From an uncultured Methanosarcinaceae archaeon (GTDB lineage: Archaea > Halobacteriota > Methanosarcinia > Methanosarcinales > Methanosarcinaceae), in the NCBI GenBank assembly GCA_963733675.1, contig CAVTET010000001.1, positions 32,001-96,000 on the forward strand: a DNA stretch of 64,000 nt, written 5' to 3'. The notes beneath the pieces were generated by a model, which saw only the letters and a program-made list of their open reading frames with translations, ran no database searches and was not told where the DNA came from. Of this stretch, positions 33,500 to 45,160 are shown in pieces (the stretch's first letter is position 1; the number at the start of each line of letters is the position of its first letter). The translations under genes and the position numbers were made by a program.

Positions 33500-34330
33500 G
33501 ATTCTTACGGTTAAATTTTTTTATGTAATACTTAATTTTGGTGAGATTTTTAGCAAGCCTAATGAAAGATTTTGGATCTAAGTAATTTATTGATAGCTGC
33601 TGAGCTATAAGCTCATCGGTAGTTTTAGCATCAAAGAAGCTGACAAATGGTTCAATCTGGAGGAAGTTATTGACATCTTTAATTTTGAAAAATTCAATGA
33701 AAAAGTTCTTTATATAATTCTTGAAATTTTGTGGGATACAAAGAGGAAATTTTATTTATCTTCTGATCAATCTATTTTAGGTTTATGATATTAAAGAAAC
33801 GGATCTAAATTTGGATGGACAAATAGAGTTCTCCAAGTACTTAATATAAACTTGGTAAGTATGGATCAGTAAGGATCATAAAACTGACGAGTTACATATA
33901 ACCGTTGGAGTTAGTAAACTCAAGAACTTATAAACGTGCCTATTGTAGTTAAGTAAATGGAGTCAAAGTTCTTACTAACAGCATTTTTCTGGCACTTATA
34001 ATCAGATGAAAAGTAGACTCAAAAAAGTTCTCTTACTATTTTTGATGAAGGAGTTTATACAGCAAATAATATTGAATTTTTGCAACAAAAAAAGATGAAG
34101 TACCTAATATACATGAAACTTTTCATCTAGTTCTTTAGCAATACTTTAAGCAGGCAAAGCTAAGATTTCACTTACTCTGAAATTAGTTATGATCTTTTTC
34201 ATCTTTCTGGGTGGGGACATCTTGCGGGTAAGATTCAGCTACAGTAGTTAGTATGGCTTTTTCAACTCTCAAATACTTCTCAAATATACCTGTTTCAACA
34301 GGAAACTCGCAGAACGTTTATATACTATTT
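33500..34330 (+). mobile_element. Degraded IS1634-like transposase relic (boundaries approximate)
   Basis: Broken-frame fragment 'SKDHKTDELHITVGVS' resembles the recalled IS1634 'GYSRDHRPD..QITVG' motif; also 'IFDEG..TANNIEF'. Confidence 0.45.
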
Positions 34331-34353
34331 AATATGTATTTGATGAAATTTCC

Positions 34354-35271
34354 TTACTTTCCATGTTTATTTTTTTCCTGAATTAAATTGATTATTTGTC
34401 TGTTTAGGGTTACTATGAGATCACTGAGGATGCCAAAAATAAACATCTGCAGACCGAATATTGTGAACAGGGCTGTGAGAACAGAAAGTTGAACACGTGT
34501 GACTCCCTGGAACCACTGGGATATCACAAAGACTCCCGAAATCAGGCCTGCCAGAATAAAAAAAGAGCCTATGATCCCAAAGTAAAACATTGGGTTATGT
34601 ACTTTTGCAAGCTTGTAGATAGTAGAACCAATTCTGAACCCATCTTTTACCGGACTTAGTTTGGTTGCACCTTCTTTGCTTCTAGGGAGGTAAGTAATTG
34701 GGACTTCTAGAACCCTCTGCTTTTTAAGGATGCATTCTACAGAAATTTCAGTCTCAATTTCAAAGCCTGTTTTGTTAAGTTCCAGTTCCTTTACACTCTC
34801 AAGAGTAAATGCACGATAACCTGAGAGAATGTCCTTTAAATTTACACCGTATGCAATGCCAAAAAACATGTTTATTAGACGGTTGCCCATCAAGTTAAGC
34901 TTTGTAAAAGCTCTTGGAGAATAATTTTCAAGCCGGTTACCAATTACATGGTCGGCTCTTCCTTCCTGAACAGGTCCGAGAAGAGCTGGAGCTTCACAAG
35001 CAAGATATGTCCCGTCCCCATCAACCATTACTACATAGGGGCTATCTATAAGCCTAAAAGCCTGGATCACCGCTTGCCCTTTACCTTTTCCGGTCTGAAT
35101 GATAACTTTTGCTCCTTTAGCTTCCGCAATTTGACTTGTGTCGTCTTTGCTGTTTCCGTCAATCACCAGAATATTAAAAAAACCCTCTTTTTTGAAATCT
35201 TCGATAACCTGTCCTATTGTCGCAGCTTCGTTCAGAGTGGGAATAAGAATACATACGTCTACGCTGTTCAA
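34354..35271 (-). CDS. aglJ: GT2 glycosyltransferase, AglJ-like (S-layer N-glycosylation)
   Basis: 'LIPTLNEA', 'IDGNSKD', 'GKGKG', 'MVDGDGTY', two C-terminal TM helices. Confidence 0.85.
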   Translation of the reverse strand: MNSVDVCILIPTLNEAATIGQVIEDFKKEGFFNILVIDGNSKDDTSQIAEAKGAKVIIQTGKGKGQAVIQAFRLIDSPYVVMVDGDGTYLACEAPALLGPVQEGRADHVIGNRLENYSPRAFTKLNLMGNRLINMFFGIAYGVNLKDILSGYRAFTLESVKELELNKTGFEIETEISVECILKKQRVLEVPITYLPRSKEGATKLSPVKDGFRIGSTIYKLAKVHNPMFYFGIIGSFFILAGLISGVFVISQWFQGVTRVQLSVLTALFTIFGLQMFIFGILSDLIVTLNRQIINLIQEKNKHGK

Positions 35272-35403
35272 GTTTCACACATATCCTTTGCTTGAATCCT
35301 ATGCCTATCGCAGAGACCATTTTATTGTGACTTTCGATAATCTCCTTTTCCGTAGAAAAAAATCCATGAGGGGTATATATTTAATGCGATAGATTGATGG
35401 TTC

Positions 35404-35955
35404 TTATAAAAGGCCCATGTTGTCAAGCTGCTGGCGGACGACTTTGACACCCTTTTCGCAATCTTGAGGGGACTTGCCACCTGTAACGACCAATTTTCCG
35501 GAACTGAAAATCAGAACAACTACCTTGGGTTCATCGATCCTGTATACAAGTCCTGGAAACTGCTCGGGTTCATATTCAATGTTTTCCAGTCCAAGCCCGA
35601 TTGCAATTGCATTAAGGTTCAGAATGGTGTGTAGATCTGCTGAAGCAACAATATTTTGGACAGTAATATCGGGATTTTCTAGGGTCTTGATTCCTATGCT
35701 GTTAAGCTTTTTTGCCATATTACCTATAACTGTGTGCACATCGGCTACATTTTTTGCTCCTGTACAGACAACTTTTCCAGAGGTAAAGACTAGGAATGCA
35801 GCTTTTGGATCTGAAACCCTGTAAACGAGCCCAGGAAACTTCTGTTTATTGTACTCAGCTCCTTCGAACTCAGATTCTATTACCATTAAATCGAATTCTT
35901 CAGCGAGTTTGGTGGATGCGACCACGTTTTCGATCTTTATACTAGATTCGCTCAT
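35404..35955 (-). CDS. tbp: TATA-box binding protein
   Basis: Two repeats 'IENVVAS...FPGLVYR...[12 protein letters not shown]'. Confidence 0.98.
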   Translation of the reverse strand: MSESSIKIENVVASTKLAEEFDLMVIESEFEGAEYNKQKFPGLVYRVSDPKAAFLVFTSGKVVCTGAKNVADVHTVIGNMAKKLNSIGIKTLENPDITVQNIVASADLHTILNLNAIAIGLGLENIEYEPEQFPGLVYRIDEPKVVVLIFSSGKLVVTGGKSPQDCEKGVKVVRQQLDNMGLL

Positions 35956-36139
35956 TCGTCAACCCTCAGTATATAAAGCAAAAGTAATATCCTCTAACCG
36001 ATATATAAAGCTATAGTTAAATGCCCCGTATGGTTTATAAATACTTTATATATGAAATACAAATCAAGCATAAATATTTAAATTAAAGTTCCAGCTTTTA
36101 TAACAAATTAAGAGAAATTAAGGCTGCACCATCGGTTTT

Positions 36140-37279
36140 TCAGGCGCCTCGGTTTTCAAATTTACTCAGACCTTTAAGAATAGAATCATATTTTTTGCAT
36201 ACCCTTTCGAGGAGATCGCCCTCTACATTGTGGTGAGTGGGTATTAGGATTTGACCTCCTCTCTCTATTTTTATGTCGCTTCTTAAAGTCCCGCAGTCTG
36301 GAGCAATAAGAATGCCTTCTGAAGAAATTACAAGAGAAAGGTCATTTATGATCCTTGAGACCATTTCAGTTGCTGGTTTTACCTTTTTCTCAATGAGAAC
36401 AGAGGAAGAAACATACTTTCCCCTGGTATCCCTTATTTTCTTGAGAGTATTTTCCACTGCTTCAGGGTCTACTTCATTAGTAAGTTCCTCAGATAATAAG
36501 GAGACTGCTTTTGCAAGATCTTCAAAGGTTGTCGAATGAATTTCAAGGATTTTCCCGTCAAAGTACTGTCTCAAAGTATCAATATAACCTGCAGAGACTA
36601 CAAGCACATCAACCTCAAGCAAACGTGAGATCTCTTCTTTTGAAGGCGAGTAGGCATTAACAACAAAGTACTCTTTAATTCCACACATGCTCATGAGAGA
36701 TTCATACATAGGAGTCACAGCAACAGTTCTTCTTCCAATCCACAAGTTGATCTCACTTTGCCCACCCTGCGACTTTAGAAGTTCAAGAATTTTCTCCTTT
36801 ATGGCTTTCGGATCATTTTTCATAAGCCCAAAATAATCTGCAAAAAGAGAAGTCGTGGAAAGCTGCCTGCTTTTCCCGCAGGGTATGGATTCTACAAATC
36901 CTCGCTTTATCAGATCCTTAATATGATCATAAGCGCCACTGCCTCTCATATCAATAAGATCTGACTGTAGCAAAGGCTGATGATATGCAACCATCGAAAG
37001 AGTGCGGAGTTTAGGGGATGATAGCTCTTTTGGTGCAACTTCCTGCATAAGTTCTGCATATTCGGGCTTGACCTGCATAACATAACGATCTCCAAGGTTT
37101 ATAATCTCGAGGGCAGATATTCTGGAAGAATAAGCCTTCATTAGCTCCTTTAATGCCAAAAGAACAGCTTTTTTGGGTTTCCCGCTTATTTTTGTAAGCT
37201 TCTCGAGGCTTATTGCACTGCCAGTAGCAAAAAGAGCTGCTTCGATAATTTCAAATTCATACATAAGTTTCACGTCCAT
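36140..37279 (-). CDS. scpB: SMC-Scp complex subunit ScpB with C-terminal extension
   Basis: 'IEAALFATG', 'TLSMVAYHQP', 'FADYFGL'; synteny with smc-scpA. Confidence 0.9.
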   Translation of the reverse strand: MDVKLMYEFEIIEAALFATGSAISLEKLTKISGKPKKAVLLALKELMKAYSSRISALEIINLGDRYVMQVKPEYAELMQEVAPKELSSPKLRTLSMVAYHQPLLQSDLIDMRGSGAYDHIKDLIKRGFVESIPCGKSRQLSTTSLFADYFGLMKNDPKAIKEKILELLKSQGGQSEINLWIGRRTVAVTPMYESLMSMCGIKEYFVVNAYSPSKEEISRLLEVDVLVVSAGYIDTLRQYFDGKILEIHSTTFEDLAKAVSLLSEELTNEVDPEAVENTLKKIRDTRGKYVSSSVLIEKKVKPATEMVSRIINDLSLVISSEGILIAPDCGTLRSDIKIERGGQILIPTHHNVEGDLLERVCKKYDSILKGLSKFENRGA

Positions 37280-37471
37280 AAAAGGAATAAAAACTAATCA
37301 GATTATCTATTCTTCAAGTGGATTTAGCTTTATATGTTTCAATTAAAAATAATGACTTTGGTAATGTTTTTTCAGGCCAATTATCCACTTACTCGTCCAG
37401 AAAGACGTCACTTATTAAATTTGCTTCAAAAGAGTTCGGAGTCTGATACCTTGAAAATTCGCTTTTTGATT

Positions 37472-38383
37472 CTATAACTTAATCTCATGAAATAAAGGGG
37501 GATTATTCTCAGTGGAAAAGCCAGATTCTTCTCCTGGGTATATATATAGTTCCCCAAATAGCTCATTCTGGAAAAGCCAAATTTTTCTGTTTGAAGCCAG
37601 AAAGAGAAGAGATAGATAATCCATAATCCTATCTTCACTTATTTTGAGGAAGCTGGAAAAAAGCACTACAGGCTGAATCATAAATAATTCTGCAAGACTG
37701 GCCCAGATAAGTACCAGCCGCGAGCTAATGGCTTCTTCATGCGCAATACCTAGGACATCACCGGTATTTAGGTGAATATCTTCATGAAGATGAAGTTGTT
37801 CTGAAGCTCTAAGAGCTTTCTTTTCATTTTTTTTGGAAATGGTTTTCTCGACTTTTTTGAGTTCAAGCATCAACTCATTGAGTGTAACTGGCCTAGTTGA
37901 AGTGCGGCGTATCGGAAACTTCGGGAGAGGAAAGTCTTCAGGTTCAGGCAGATTTAGTTCGTCTACAAAATCAGAATCAAATTCTTTAATTTCTTCCTCC
38001 TCTACTTCTAGAATTCTCGAGGATTTCATACGAAGAAGAATGGCAGAATAAAGAAGTGTTCGTGAGGAAATTCTGAGGTCCATTTTCTTGAGCTCCTCAA
38101 CCCTTCCAAGGAAACCGTCGGTGAGCTGTACAATATCGATATCCCATGGATCTATTTTTCCACCCTTAGCAAGCTCAACCAGTATGCCAAGGGGTTCAAA
38201 TGTCTCAAACTCAGAAATATCAATCAAATTCCAATCAATTCCAAGGTGTGAAAGAGTCTTTGGAAGCCCATAGGTTTCGGGATCTAAAAAAAAAGAGTTA
38301 TTTTCCTCAGATTCACGGAAATTATGACCCGATAGGTTGGGAACTTCAATTGTCACACCCACGTTATCCATAAGTTCAGCCAT
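37472..38383 (-). CDS. scpA: Kleisin ScpA
   Basis: 'IDPWDIDIV', 'LLYSAILLRMKS', 'QNELFGELY'. Confidence 0.92.
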   Translation of the reverse strand: MAELMDNVGVTIEVPNLSGHNFRESEENNSFFLDPETYGLPKTLSHLGIDWNLIDISEFETFEPLGILVELAKGGKIDPWDIDIVQLTDGFLGRVEELKKMDLRISSRTLLYSAILLRMKSSRILEVEEEEIKEFDSDFVDELNLPEPEDFPLPKFPIRRTSTRPVTLNELMLELKKVEKTISKKNEKKALRASEQLHLHEDIHLNTGDVLGIAHEEAISSRLVLIWASLAELFMIQPVVLFSSFLKISEDRIMDYLSLLFLASNRKIWLFQNELFGELYIYPGEESGFSTENNPPLFHEIKL

Positions 38384-41300
38384 TAAGCTTCACTCCAGTA
38401 ATGCTAGTGATGTTATTTTCCTGCATTGTGACCCCTATTGTTCTGCTTGCAGCCTGAATCATGGGTTTTCGTAAAGAGACAACAATAAACTGAACTTTTG
38501 ATCCTGAGGATTTAATTCGCCTTGAAACTCTCTCCACATTCCAACCGTCCAGAAACATATCAATTTCATCAAAGGCATAAAAAGGAGCAGGACGGTACTG
38601 CTGAATCGCAAAAATGAACGCAAGAGCTGTAAGGCTTTTTTCTCCTCCTGACATGGATTCGATCCGTTGAAGAGTTTTTTCCTTGGGCTGGGCCCGGAGG
38701 GTCATACCTCCTGCAAAAGGATTAGCGGGGTCTTCAAGTAAGAGCTCACCCATGCCCTCGGAAAGCTCAAGAAAGATATCTTTAAAATTGGCATTGATGA
38801 TTGTATAAGCTTCCATAAAAGAATCCCGCTTTAATTGTTCGTACTGGTCTATACGTTCAAGTAGTTGCTTCCTTTCAGTAGAAAGGATATCCCGCTTTTC
38901 CTGAAGATTCAAAAGCCTGAGTTCTACCTCTTCATACTCGTCAATTGCTCTCATGTTTATTGGCTCAAGTCTCATGAGAGCTTCTTCGATTGCTTGAATC
39001 CGCATATAAATGGTTTCGTAATTTGGGACTTCATATGTTTCTTTTATGCCTCTCCTCTGGACTTCTTCAGTGAACTTTTTTTCTTGGTCAAGAAGCGCAT
39101 TTCTAGTAGCTGTAAGCGTAAACACCTGCTGTTTTGCATTTTCAAGGGTGTTTGCAGCAATGCTAACCCTGCGCTTCACAGTGCTGTGTTCTATCTTAAC
39201 ACTATCTCTTTCTGTTTGAAGCTCTATCAGCTTATCGGAAAGCTCAAGTTCAAGAGTCTTCTTTTCATCGAGTTTTTCTTTGAGTTCCTTTATTTTTACC
39301 TTTAGAGAATCAACTTTTTTAAGCTTTGAGTTTTTCTTTTCATCAAGATCCCCGATGATTTTCTTTGCATCGGCAATTTTCTGTTCAACGTATTCTTTTT
39401 CAAGCTTCAGAGCATTCAGGTTAGCCTCGATATCCCTGATTCTACCTTCAAGTCTTCTTAGTTCCTGGTCAACGGACTCCAGCTTTTTATTGATCTCAGG
39501 TAGAGGAGAATCAGCAAGTTTTGCCTCAAGTTCGGAAATATGTGCTTCAATTTCAGCTGTAGATTTTTCTTTTTCGCTTTTTTCTGCAATAATTTTATCC
39601 ATCTCAACCCGGAGTTCAGTCCTTGAGTTCTCTATTGCTTTAAGATCTGTTTGTTTAGTTTCCAGAAGTTCTGCAAACTTGGCTCCTCGCCCTGCTATTT
39701 CCTCTAGCTGGTGTCCCTTTCGAGAAATCGTAACTTCACAGTCCCTAATTTTCCGGCTCAATTCAAAAAGATGACTTTCAATGTTATCCTGTTTGCTTAT
39801 AGCTGCAGTCCGGCTTGTATCTAAAGAATTTATCTCTTCTGCAAGCTCAAGAAGTTTATCTTTTTCCGCAGCCTCAAAGGTAATTCCAGATTTTGAAGAA
39901 AGGAACCCTCCTATCATTGCCCCGCTCTTTTCCAGGAGTTCCCCTTCAAGGGTAACCATTCTTGCCTTTCCCATGAGTTGGCGAGCACTGGCTAAATTTT
40001 CCGTCACAAGGGTATCCTGGAATACATACCAGAAGGCAGGTTCAAAATGAGAATCGAATTCGAGAAGATCAATTGCATATCCTATGACACCATTTTCATA
40101 ATTGAGATTTTCAAGACTTCTAGATTTTTTCATTTTGTTGAGTGGAAGAAAGGTAACTCTTCCTCCTTTTCTGCGCTTTAAGTATTCGATTGCTTCAGCA
40201 GCTTCGGCATCGGTGTCTACAACAATTGCTTGCATTCTATTTCCTGCGGCAATTTCCAGAGCTGTTGCATACCTCCTGTCCACTTTTCCCAGCTGGGCAA
40301 TTGTACCATGAATTCCGAAAAGTTCCTCTTGCATAAAAGCTTCGATCACCATTTCGACAGCTTTGGAATAGCTTCCTCCTTGTTCAGATGCCCTGATCCT
40401 CGCTTCAGTAATTGCATATTCTTGCTGCAGGCTATGAAGCTTGCTCTCGAGTTTCCTGATATCTTCCTTGATTCTGAAATGACTGCCTTCGATATCGTTA
40501 TTATCTTTTATAAAAGATTCCATATTTTTGGAAAGCATTTCGATTTCGTACTGGACAGAAAGTGTGTCACTATCGGAACTAGAGGCTGTTGCTTCAGCAT
40601 CTTGGATCTGTTTTTCTATCTCCCTAAGTTCCGAAGATCTTCTCCTGAGAGTATCTAAAAGTCTGTCCTCAGTTCGAATGAGCTCATTTCTCTCATTCTT
40701 TATACTCTCAAGTTCCCTTCTGGCAGCCATGAGCTCGTCTCTTGTCACGGCAAATTTTGTATCCACATCAGCAATCTTGCTATGGAGTAATATGCACTCT
40801 GTTTTGCGCTCGGAAAGCTCTGATGATATACTATCCTTTCTAAGGTTTTCAACTTCTATTTTTTCTTCAATTTCCTTGATGTTGTTCTTGTTAAAATCGA
40901 TATCTATAAAGGCTTTCCTACGTTTTGAATCAGCTTCCTCAAATTCATCTTCCAAAAGTTCAATGCTATCTGTACAGCGCGAAATTTCTCCCTTGATCTC
41001 TTCTATTTCCCTCTTGACGTGGAGTTGTTCATCTTCCCCTTTTTTGCGGATTTCAAGAGAAATTTTTTCAAGAGTCTCTTCAAGGGCTTGGATTTCCTGT
41101 GTTCTCTCGTTTAACAAAGCCTGCACTTTTTCGAGATGTTCTTCTTTTCTGACCAGCTCGTTATTCACGTTATTCAGTTCAATCCTTGCATCCTTTAGTT
41201 TAGAAAGCAAAATGTAGCCCTCAAAGTTAACTTTTTCAGCCTTGAGTGCCTGGTATTTTAAGGCTTGATCACGCTCTCCGGTCAATTTTCCCAGTTGAAT

Positions 41301-41903
41301 TCTTACTTCCTCTAGAATTATATCAACACGTTCGATTTGCTGTCTGACAACTTCCAGTTCTCCAAAAGATTTTTGCTTGCGTTCTTCAAATTCCGTAACC
41401 CCTGCAATTTCATCGATAACCTTTCGCCGTTCTACAGAGGTCATGGAGGTAATCTGTGTGACATCCCCTTGCATTACCACATTATAACCTTCAGGAGTCA
41501 CACCGGCTTTTGCGAGCTGAAAATGTATCTCTCCAAGGTTTACATTTCTTCCATTGAAGTAAAAGTAGCTATAGTATCCGCTTTTAGTCCGCCGGACCTT
41601 TCTTGAGATCTCAACTTCGTCAAGTTCCAGAGGTAGCTTGCGGTCGGAATTGTCAAAACGAATTGTAACTTGGGCAAAATCAGGTTTTTTTGCTTCTTCA
41701 CCGTTGTAAATCAGATCAGTGAGTTTCTCGGCTCGAAGAGTTCTGGAACTTGTAAGCCCTAGTGCAAAGAGAATCCCATCTATTATGTTTGATTTTCCAC
41801 TACCATTAGGGCCGGAAATTGTGGTAAAGTCGTTATAAAATGAAATCTTTACTTTTTTTCCGAAGGATTTAAAATTAACGAATTCAATCTCTTTTATGTA
41901 CAC
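38376..41903 (-). CDS. smc: Chromosome segregation protein SMC
   Basis: Walker A 'GPNGSGKSN', hinge, signature 'MSGGEKS', Walker B 'FDEID'. Confidence 0.98.
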   Translation of the reverse strand: MYIKEIEFVNFKSFGKKVKISFYNDFTTISGPNGSGKSNIIDGILFALGLTSSRTLRAEKLTDLIYNGEEAKKPDFAQVTIRFDNSDRKLPLELDEVEISRKVRRTKSGYYSYFYFNGRNVNLGEIHFQLAKAGVTPEGYNVVMQGDVTQITSMTSVERRKVIDEIAGVTEFEERKQKSFGELEVVRQQIERVDIILEEVRIQLGKLTGERDQALKYQALKAEKVNFEGYILLSKLKDARIELNNVNNELVRKEEHLEKVQALLNERTQEIQALEETLEKISLEIRKKGEDEQLHVKREIEEIKGEISRCTDSIELLEDEFEEADSKRRKAFIDIDFNKNNIKEIEEKIEVENLRKDSISSELSERKTECILLHSKIADVDTKFAVTRDELMAARRELESIKNERNELIRTEDRLLDTLRRRSSELREIEKQIQDAEATASSSDSDTLSVQYEIEMLSKNMESFIKDNNDIEGSHFRIKEDIRKLESKLHSLQQEYAITEARIRASEQGGSYSKAVEMVIEAFMQEELFGIHGTIAQLGKVDRRYATALEIAAGNRMQAIVVDTDAEAAEAIEYLKRRKGGRVTFLPLNKMKKSRSLENLNYENGVIGYAIDLLEFDSHFEPAFWYVFQDTLVTENLASARQLMGKARMVTLEGELLEKSGAMIGGFLSSKSGITFEAAEKDKLLELAEEINSLDTSRTAAISKQDNIESHLFELSRKIRDCEVTISRKGHQLEEIAGRGAKFAELLETKQTDLKAIENSRTELRVEMDKIIAEKSEKEKSTAEIEAHISELEAKLADSPLPEINKKLESVDQELRRLEGRIRDIEANLNALKLEKEYVEQKIADAKKIIGDLDEKKNSKLKKVDSLKVKIKELKEKLDEKKTLELELSDKLIELQTERDSVKIEHSTVKRRVSIAANTLENAKQQVFTLTATRNALLDQEKKFTEEVQRRGIKETYEVPNYETIYMRIQAIEEALMRLEPINMRAIDEYEEVELRLLNLQEKRDILSTERKQLLERIDQYEQLKRDSFMEAYTIINANFKDIFLELSEGMGELLLEDPANPFAGGMTLRAQPKEKTLQRIESMSGGEKSLTALAFIFAIQQYRPAPFYAFDEIDMFLDGWNVERVSRRIKSSGSKVQFIVVSLRKPMIQAASRTIGVTMQENNITSITGVKLNG

Positions 41904-41952
41904 AGAATGCCTCTTTAATTTGCGTTTTTGAGGATGTTTCTGTTTTTAAGCC

Positions 41953-42864
41953 TCAATCTGCTCTGAAATTTTTCCGGCTGCAGATGATAAGTTCTGCGTC
42001 CTCTGTTTCTCTCGTTTCCACAGACTCTTCTACTAAATGCTTTTTTGGAGCCTTTTCAGCAATTATATATTCACACTTATAATCATCTGCAGGTATTGCT
42101 CTCATAAAATCTCCCCTTTCAGTGGCATTCTGTCTCATAGTGGATAGCTTTTTGGTAGATTGCTGTCTCATAGGCTCCACTTTCCTCGAAAGCTGCTGAT
42201 TTATATTGCCTTTATATAGTCTTTTATCCCCGCTCTCGGCAATAATATACTCACATTTTGGTTCAATTTTTTCTTTATCTTGTTCTTTTGGCTCTACCTC
42301 TTCAAGCTTTAACTGAACTTTTGCACTGGTGCCTGGTAGGTGGGTAGAAGCTTCCCCAAAATCAATCATTCTATCTGTTGGAGTTTCGTTTTTAAATTCT
42401 GAGCTATGTCTGATCTTTCTGGAAAGAGAAGGGTGATCCAGAGGATCTTCAAGTGAAGGAACTAAAACAGGAGAGAAGGGTTCAAGAGTAGTGTTTTTCA
42501 TATCTTCTAGTTTTTTAGTGAGATTTTCGATTTCTGTTCTCAGTTTTTTCACAATCATTTTTTGGTCAAGTAATTCCCGAATGAGACCGTCTTGAACTCC
42601 CGCTAGTTCTCTTAGCCGTCGATCAGTTGTTTCCAAATTATTTTTTTCGGAAGCATTCAATTCAATTTTCAAATCATTGAGGATGGAAGTCTTGAGTAAT
42701 GCAGGATTAGGAATTTCTATCAATTCAGTTCTGATATTGGAAAGTATGGTATCCTTTAAGTATTGCTGATCGGAAATTTTTTCCATTTCGGCTTGCAGTT
42801 CGTTGAGAACCGAAACCTTAATAGATTTCTTGAGAGTCTCAAGCTCCTCACAGCTTATTGACAT
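41953..42864 (-). CDS. Hypothetical coiled-coil protein immediately upstream of smc
   Basis: Long ORF, probable start MSISCEE at 42864; coiled coil and twice-repeated 'KCEYIIAE'. Confidence 0.7.
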   Translation of the reverse strand: MSISCEELETLKKSIKVSVLNELQAEMEKISDQQYLKDTILSNIRTELIEIPNPALLKTSILNDLKIELNASEKNNLETTDRRLRELAGVQDGLIRELLDQKMIVKKLRTEIENLTKKLEDMKNTTLEPFSPVLVPSLEDPLDHPSLSRKIRHSSEFKNETPTDRMIDFGEASTHLPGTSAKVQLKLEEVEPKEQDKEKIEPKCEYIIAESGDKRLYKGNINQQLSRKVEPMRQQSTKKLSTMRQNATERGDFMRAIPADDYKCEYIIAEKAPKKHLVEESVETRETEDAELIICSRKNFRAD

Positions 42865-42984
42865 TCCCCTTTTTGGTATATTGTGCACGTCCCTCTGTCT
42901 AGTTCTCATAAAATACCTCATATCTGGTCCACATCTTTGATTGCCTGCAGTTTTTTGCCAGCAGGGCATATAAGCATAACTATA

Positions 42985-43071
42985 GCGAATTTCTGTAATC
43001 CTAAATTTGTTTTATGCTTATAAATGATCTATAAATGACCTGTGAAAATCAGAGGTCTATCTAAATCCTCT
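42985..43071 (-). repeat. Family B repeat (degenerate)
   Basis: GTGAAAATCAGAGGTCTATCTAAATCCTCT is the reverse complement of the family B left end. Confidence 0.6.
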
Positions 43072-44166
43072 GTAGTAAATTGATTCTCTAAGACAAATTT
43101 AAATAATGTGTATAATTTACATGTGATCTTACTTTATATATATATGGTGATTGATAGTAGTTTTTCATTCTCAAATTAAGTCCCTTTTTCTTATATTATT
43201 AATAAGAATAATTCGAAGATCTTTCCATCATATGGGGAATATCCATCAATCTAATTCTAAGCGTCGTGACATTCTAACTCTTATTATAAAATAGCTAACT
43301 TGCATAGTTCTGATCGCAAAATTTGTGAATTTTTCACATATTGATTCATTTTTGATTAAAATATCCAAATTTAGCGCAGACGCTACATAAGTTGGATAAA
43401 CGCCAATACTTTGAAAGATAAATAACTATTAATATATTTAAAAGAAGAATGCTATATATATAATTTACTCGCGAAAAATTATAAAATATGGCTATTTTTG
43501 CGATTCGACTATATAATCAGCCAATATGATATATTTCTATTTATAATTCATTCATGCTTAACATCTAAAATAATGTTAGATTCAATATCCTTTTTCATTT
43601 TAATTGGTTGAAGGCGGTTGACTGTTAAAGATGAGAAATGGGATTATTTTTAACCTATTCAAGGTAATTTTAAGGATCGGATACAATAATCACAAGGAAG
43701 TAAATCAGAACATTTATTGTGAAGACTTAGAATTAATCGAATTTTGAAGGAGAAGGAAAAGCATGAATCATCTTTACTAACTGATATAGTTTACCCACAA
43801 AGGATACTAAAATATCTAAAGAGGAGTGCATACAATTGTCTAAACATAACATGTGAGGCTCACAGGATCAGCGTAATTGTTTCGCGGAGTTATTTTGCAG
43901 ATTTTTTCCAACTTCATTGCTCTTACTAATTTAATAAAATTTATCTTTGGTAAACTATATAGATATTTATTTTAGTTTTCAATGGACAAAATAACACAAA
44001 CAAAGGCATTTCTTTACTCAACTGTCACATTTAAATTTTGAAGCTGAGAGAATAGAGGTTACAATATGAGCTACATTTGAAGTGAAATATGATTCAAAAG
44101 GAATAACCTTAAGATAGATTCTTCAAAATATATTTTCGCCACCGTATTCATAGACTTCTCGAGTTC

Positions 44167-45129
44167 TTACTCTTTTGTAGAGAATTTCACATCTCCTTTT
44201 TCGATAAGGAGTTTAAGGTCTTCCAGGCTCAAACGAGCGTTTTTATGGAGCTTTTCGCGAGCATCGCTATGTTTTTGATTTACTTTGTGCTCATCTTTAG
44301 TGAGCTGCACGTCCTTCAACCTGTCAAGATATAGGGAGATCTCATTCCGACTGCTATCAATATTCGTTTTAAGTGGGTCAATTTTTTCCTTGATTTTATT
44401 TATATTTGTGATGTTTTCTGCAAGCTGGGCGTGGTACATATTTGCTTCTTTTCGAATTTCGTCAGCAGACTTGAAATTTTCGAGCATTTCTAAGTGGCAT
44501 ACCTGAGATTCGTCAGAGAGTGCCTGGATTTTTTCATGGAACTCATCCCCCTCTTTATGGATTCCCTTAGATTCTTTATAACTTTCCTGAATTTGTGCGT
44601 GCAATTCATTTGCCTTTTTTGCAGCTTCAAGGCGTTTGCTGAGGTCATTCAATTTCTGGAATATCTTAATTTCCACTACAAGAAGAAGCTCTTTATTAAG
44701 GAAAGAATCGAGCTCAGCTTCATAAATATTTGAGATAGATCCCATACTTCCATGGGAAAATTTATTGCACTCATCCCGTTGTTCTTTGAGTCCCGCAATT
44801 CCTGAAAACAATTCTTGTGTCTTCGAGTTTACCCCACTTCTTTTTTCCTTATACTTGCCAATTGCCCTGTTAATCTCGTCCCGTCTACGTCTGAGTTCCT
44901 GCGCTTTTGCAACCTTTTCTTTTACCTGCTGGTTCAAAAGGTCTCTCTTTTCCTTCAGTTCGTCTACATCAGTTCTATTTATTTTCAGTTCTTTAAATAT
45001 CGAAGCTAACTGATGTTCGCTTTTCTCTATCCTGCTTCTGATTTCGTTTACCTTTAACTTCAGCTCCCGTTCGCTAAGGTTTGAAAGGTCGGCCGTTGCA
45101 ATTTCTGTGGTTGAAACGTCGTTGTCCAT
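44167..45129 (-). CDS. Archaeal coiled-coil protein (COG1340-like)
   Basis: Heptad-rich 320 aa ORF ending 'ARLSLEDLKLL'. Confidence 0.75.
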   Translation of the reverse strand: MDNDVSTTEIATADLSNLSERELKLKVNEIRSRIEKSEHQLASIFKELKINRTDVDELKEKRDLLNQQVKEKVAKAQELRRRRDEINRAIGKYKEKRSGVNSKTQELFSGIAGLKEQRDECNKFSHGSMGSISNIYEAELDSFLNKELLLVVEIKIFQKLNDLSKRLEAAKKANELHAQIQESYKESKGIHKEGDEFHEKIQALSDESQVCHLEMLENFKSADEIRKEANMYHAQLAENITNINKIKEKIDPLKTNIDSSRNEISLYLDRLKDVQLTKDEHKVNQKHSDAREKLHKNARLSLEDLKLLIEKGDVKFSTKE

Positions 45130-45160
45130 GTACTACCACTCGCATGTTTTCGAAAAATAA

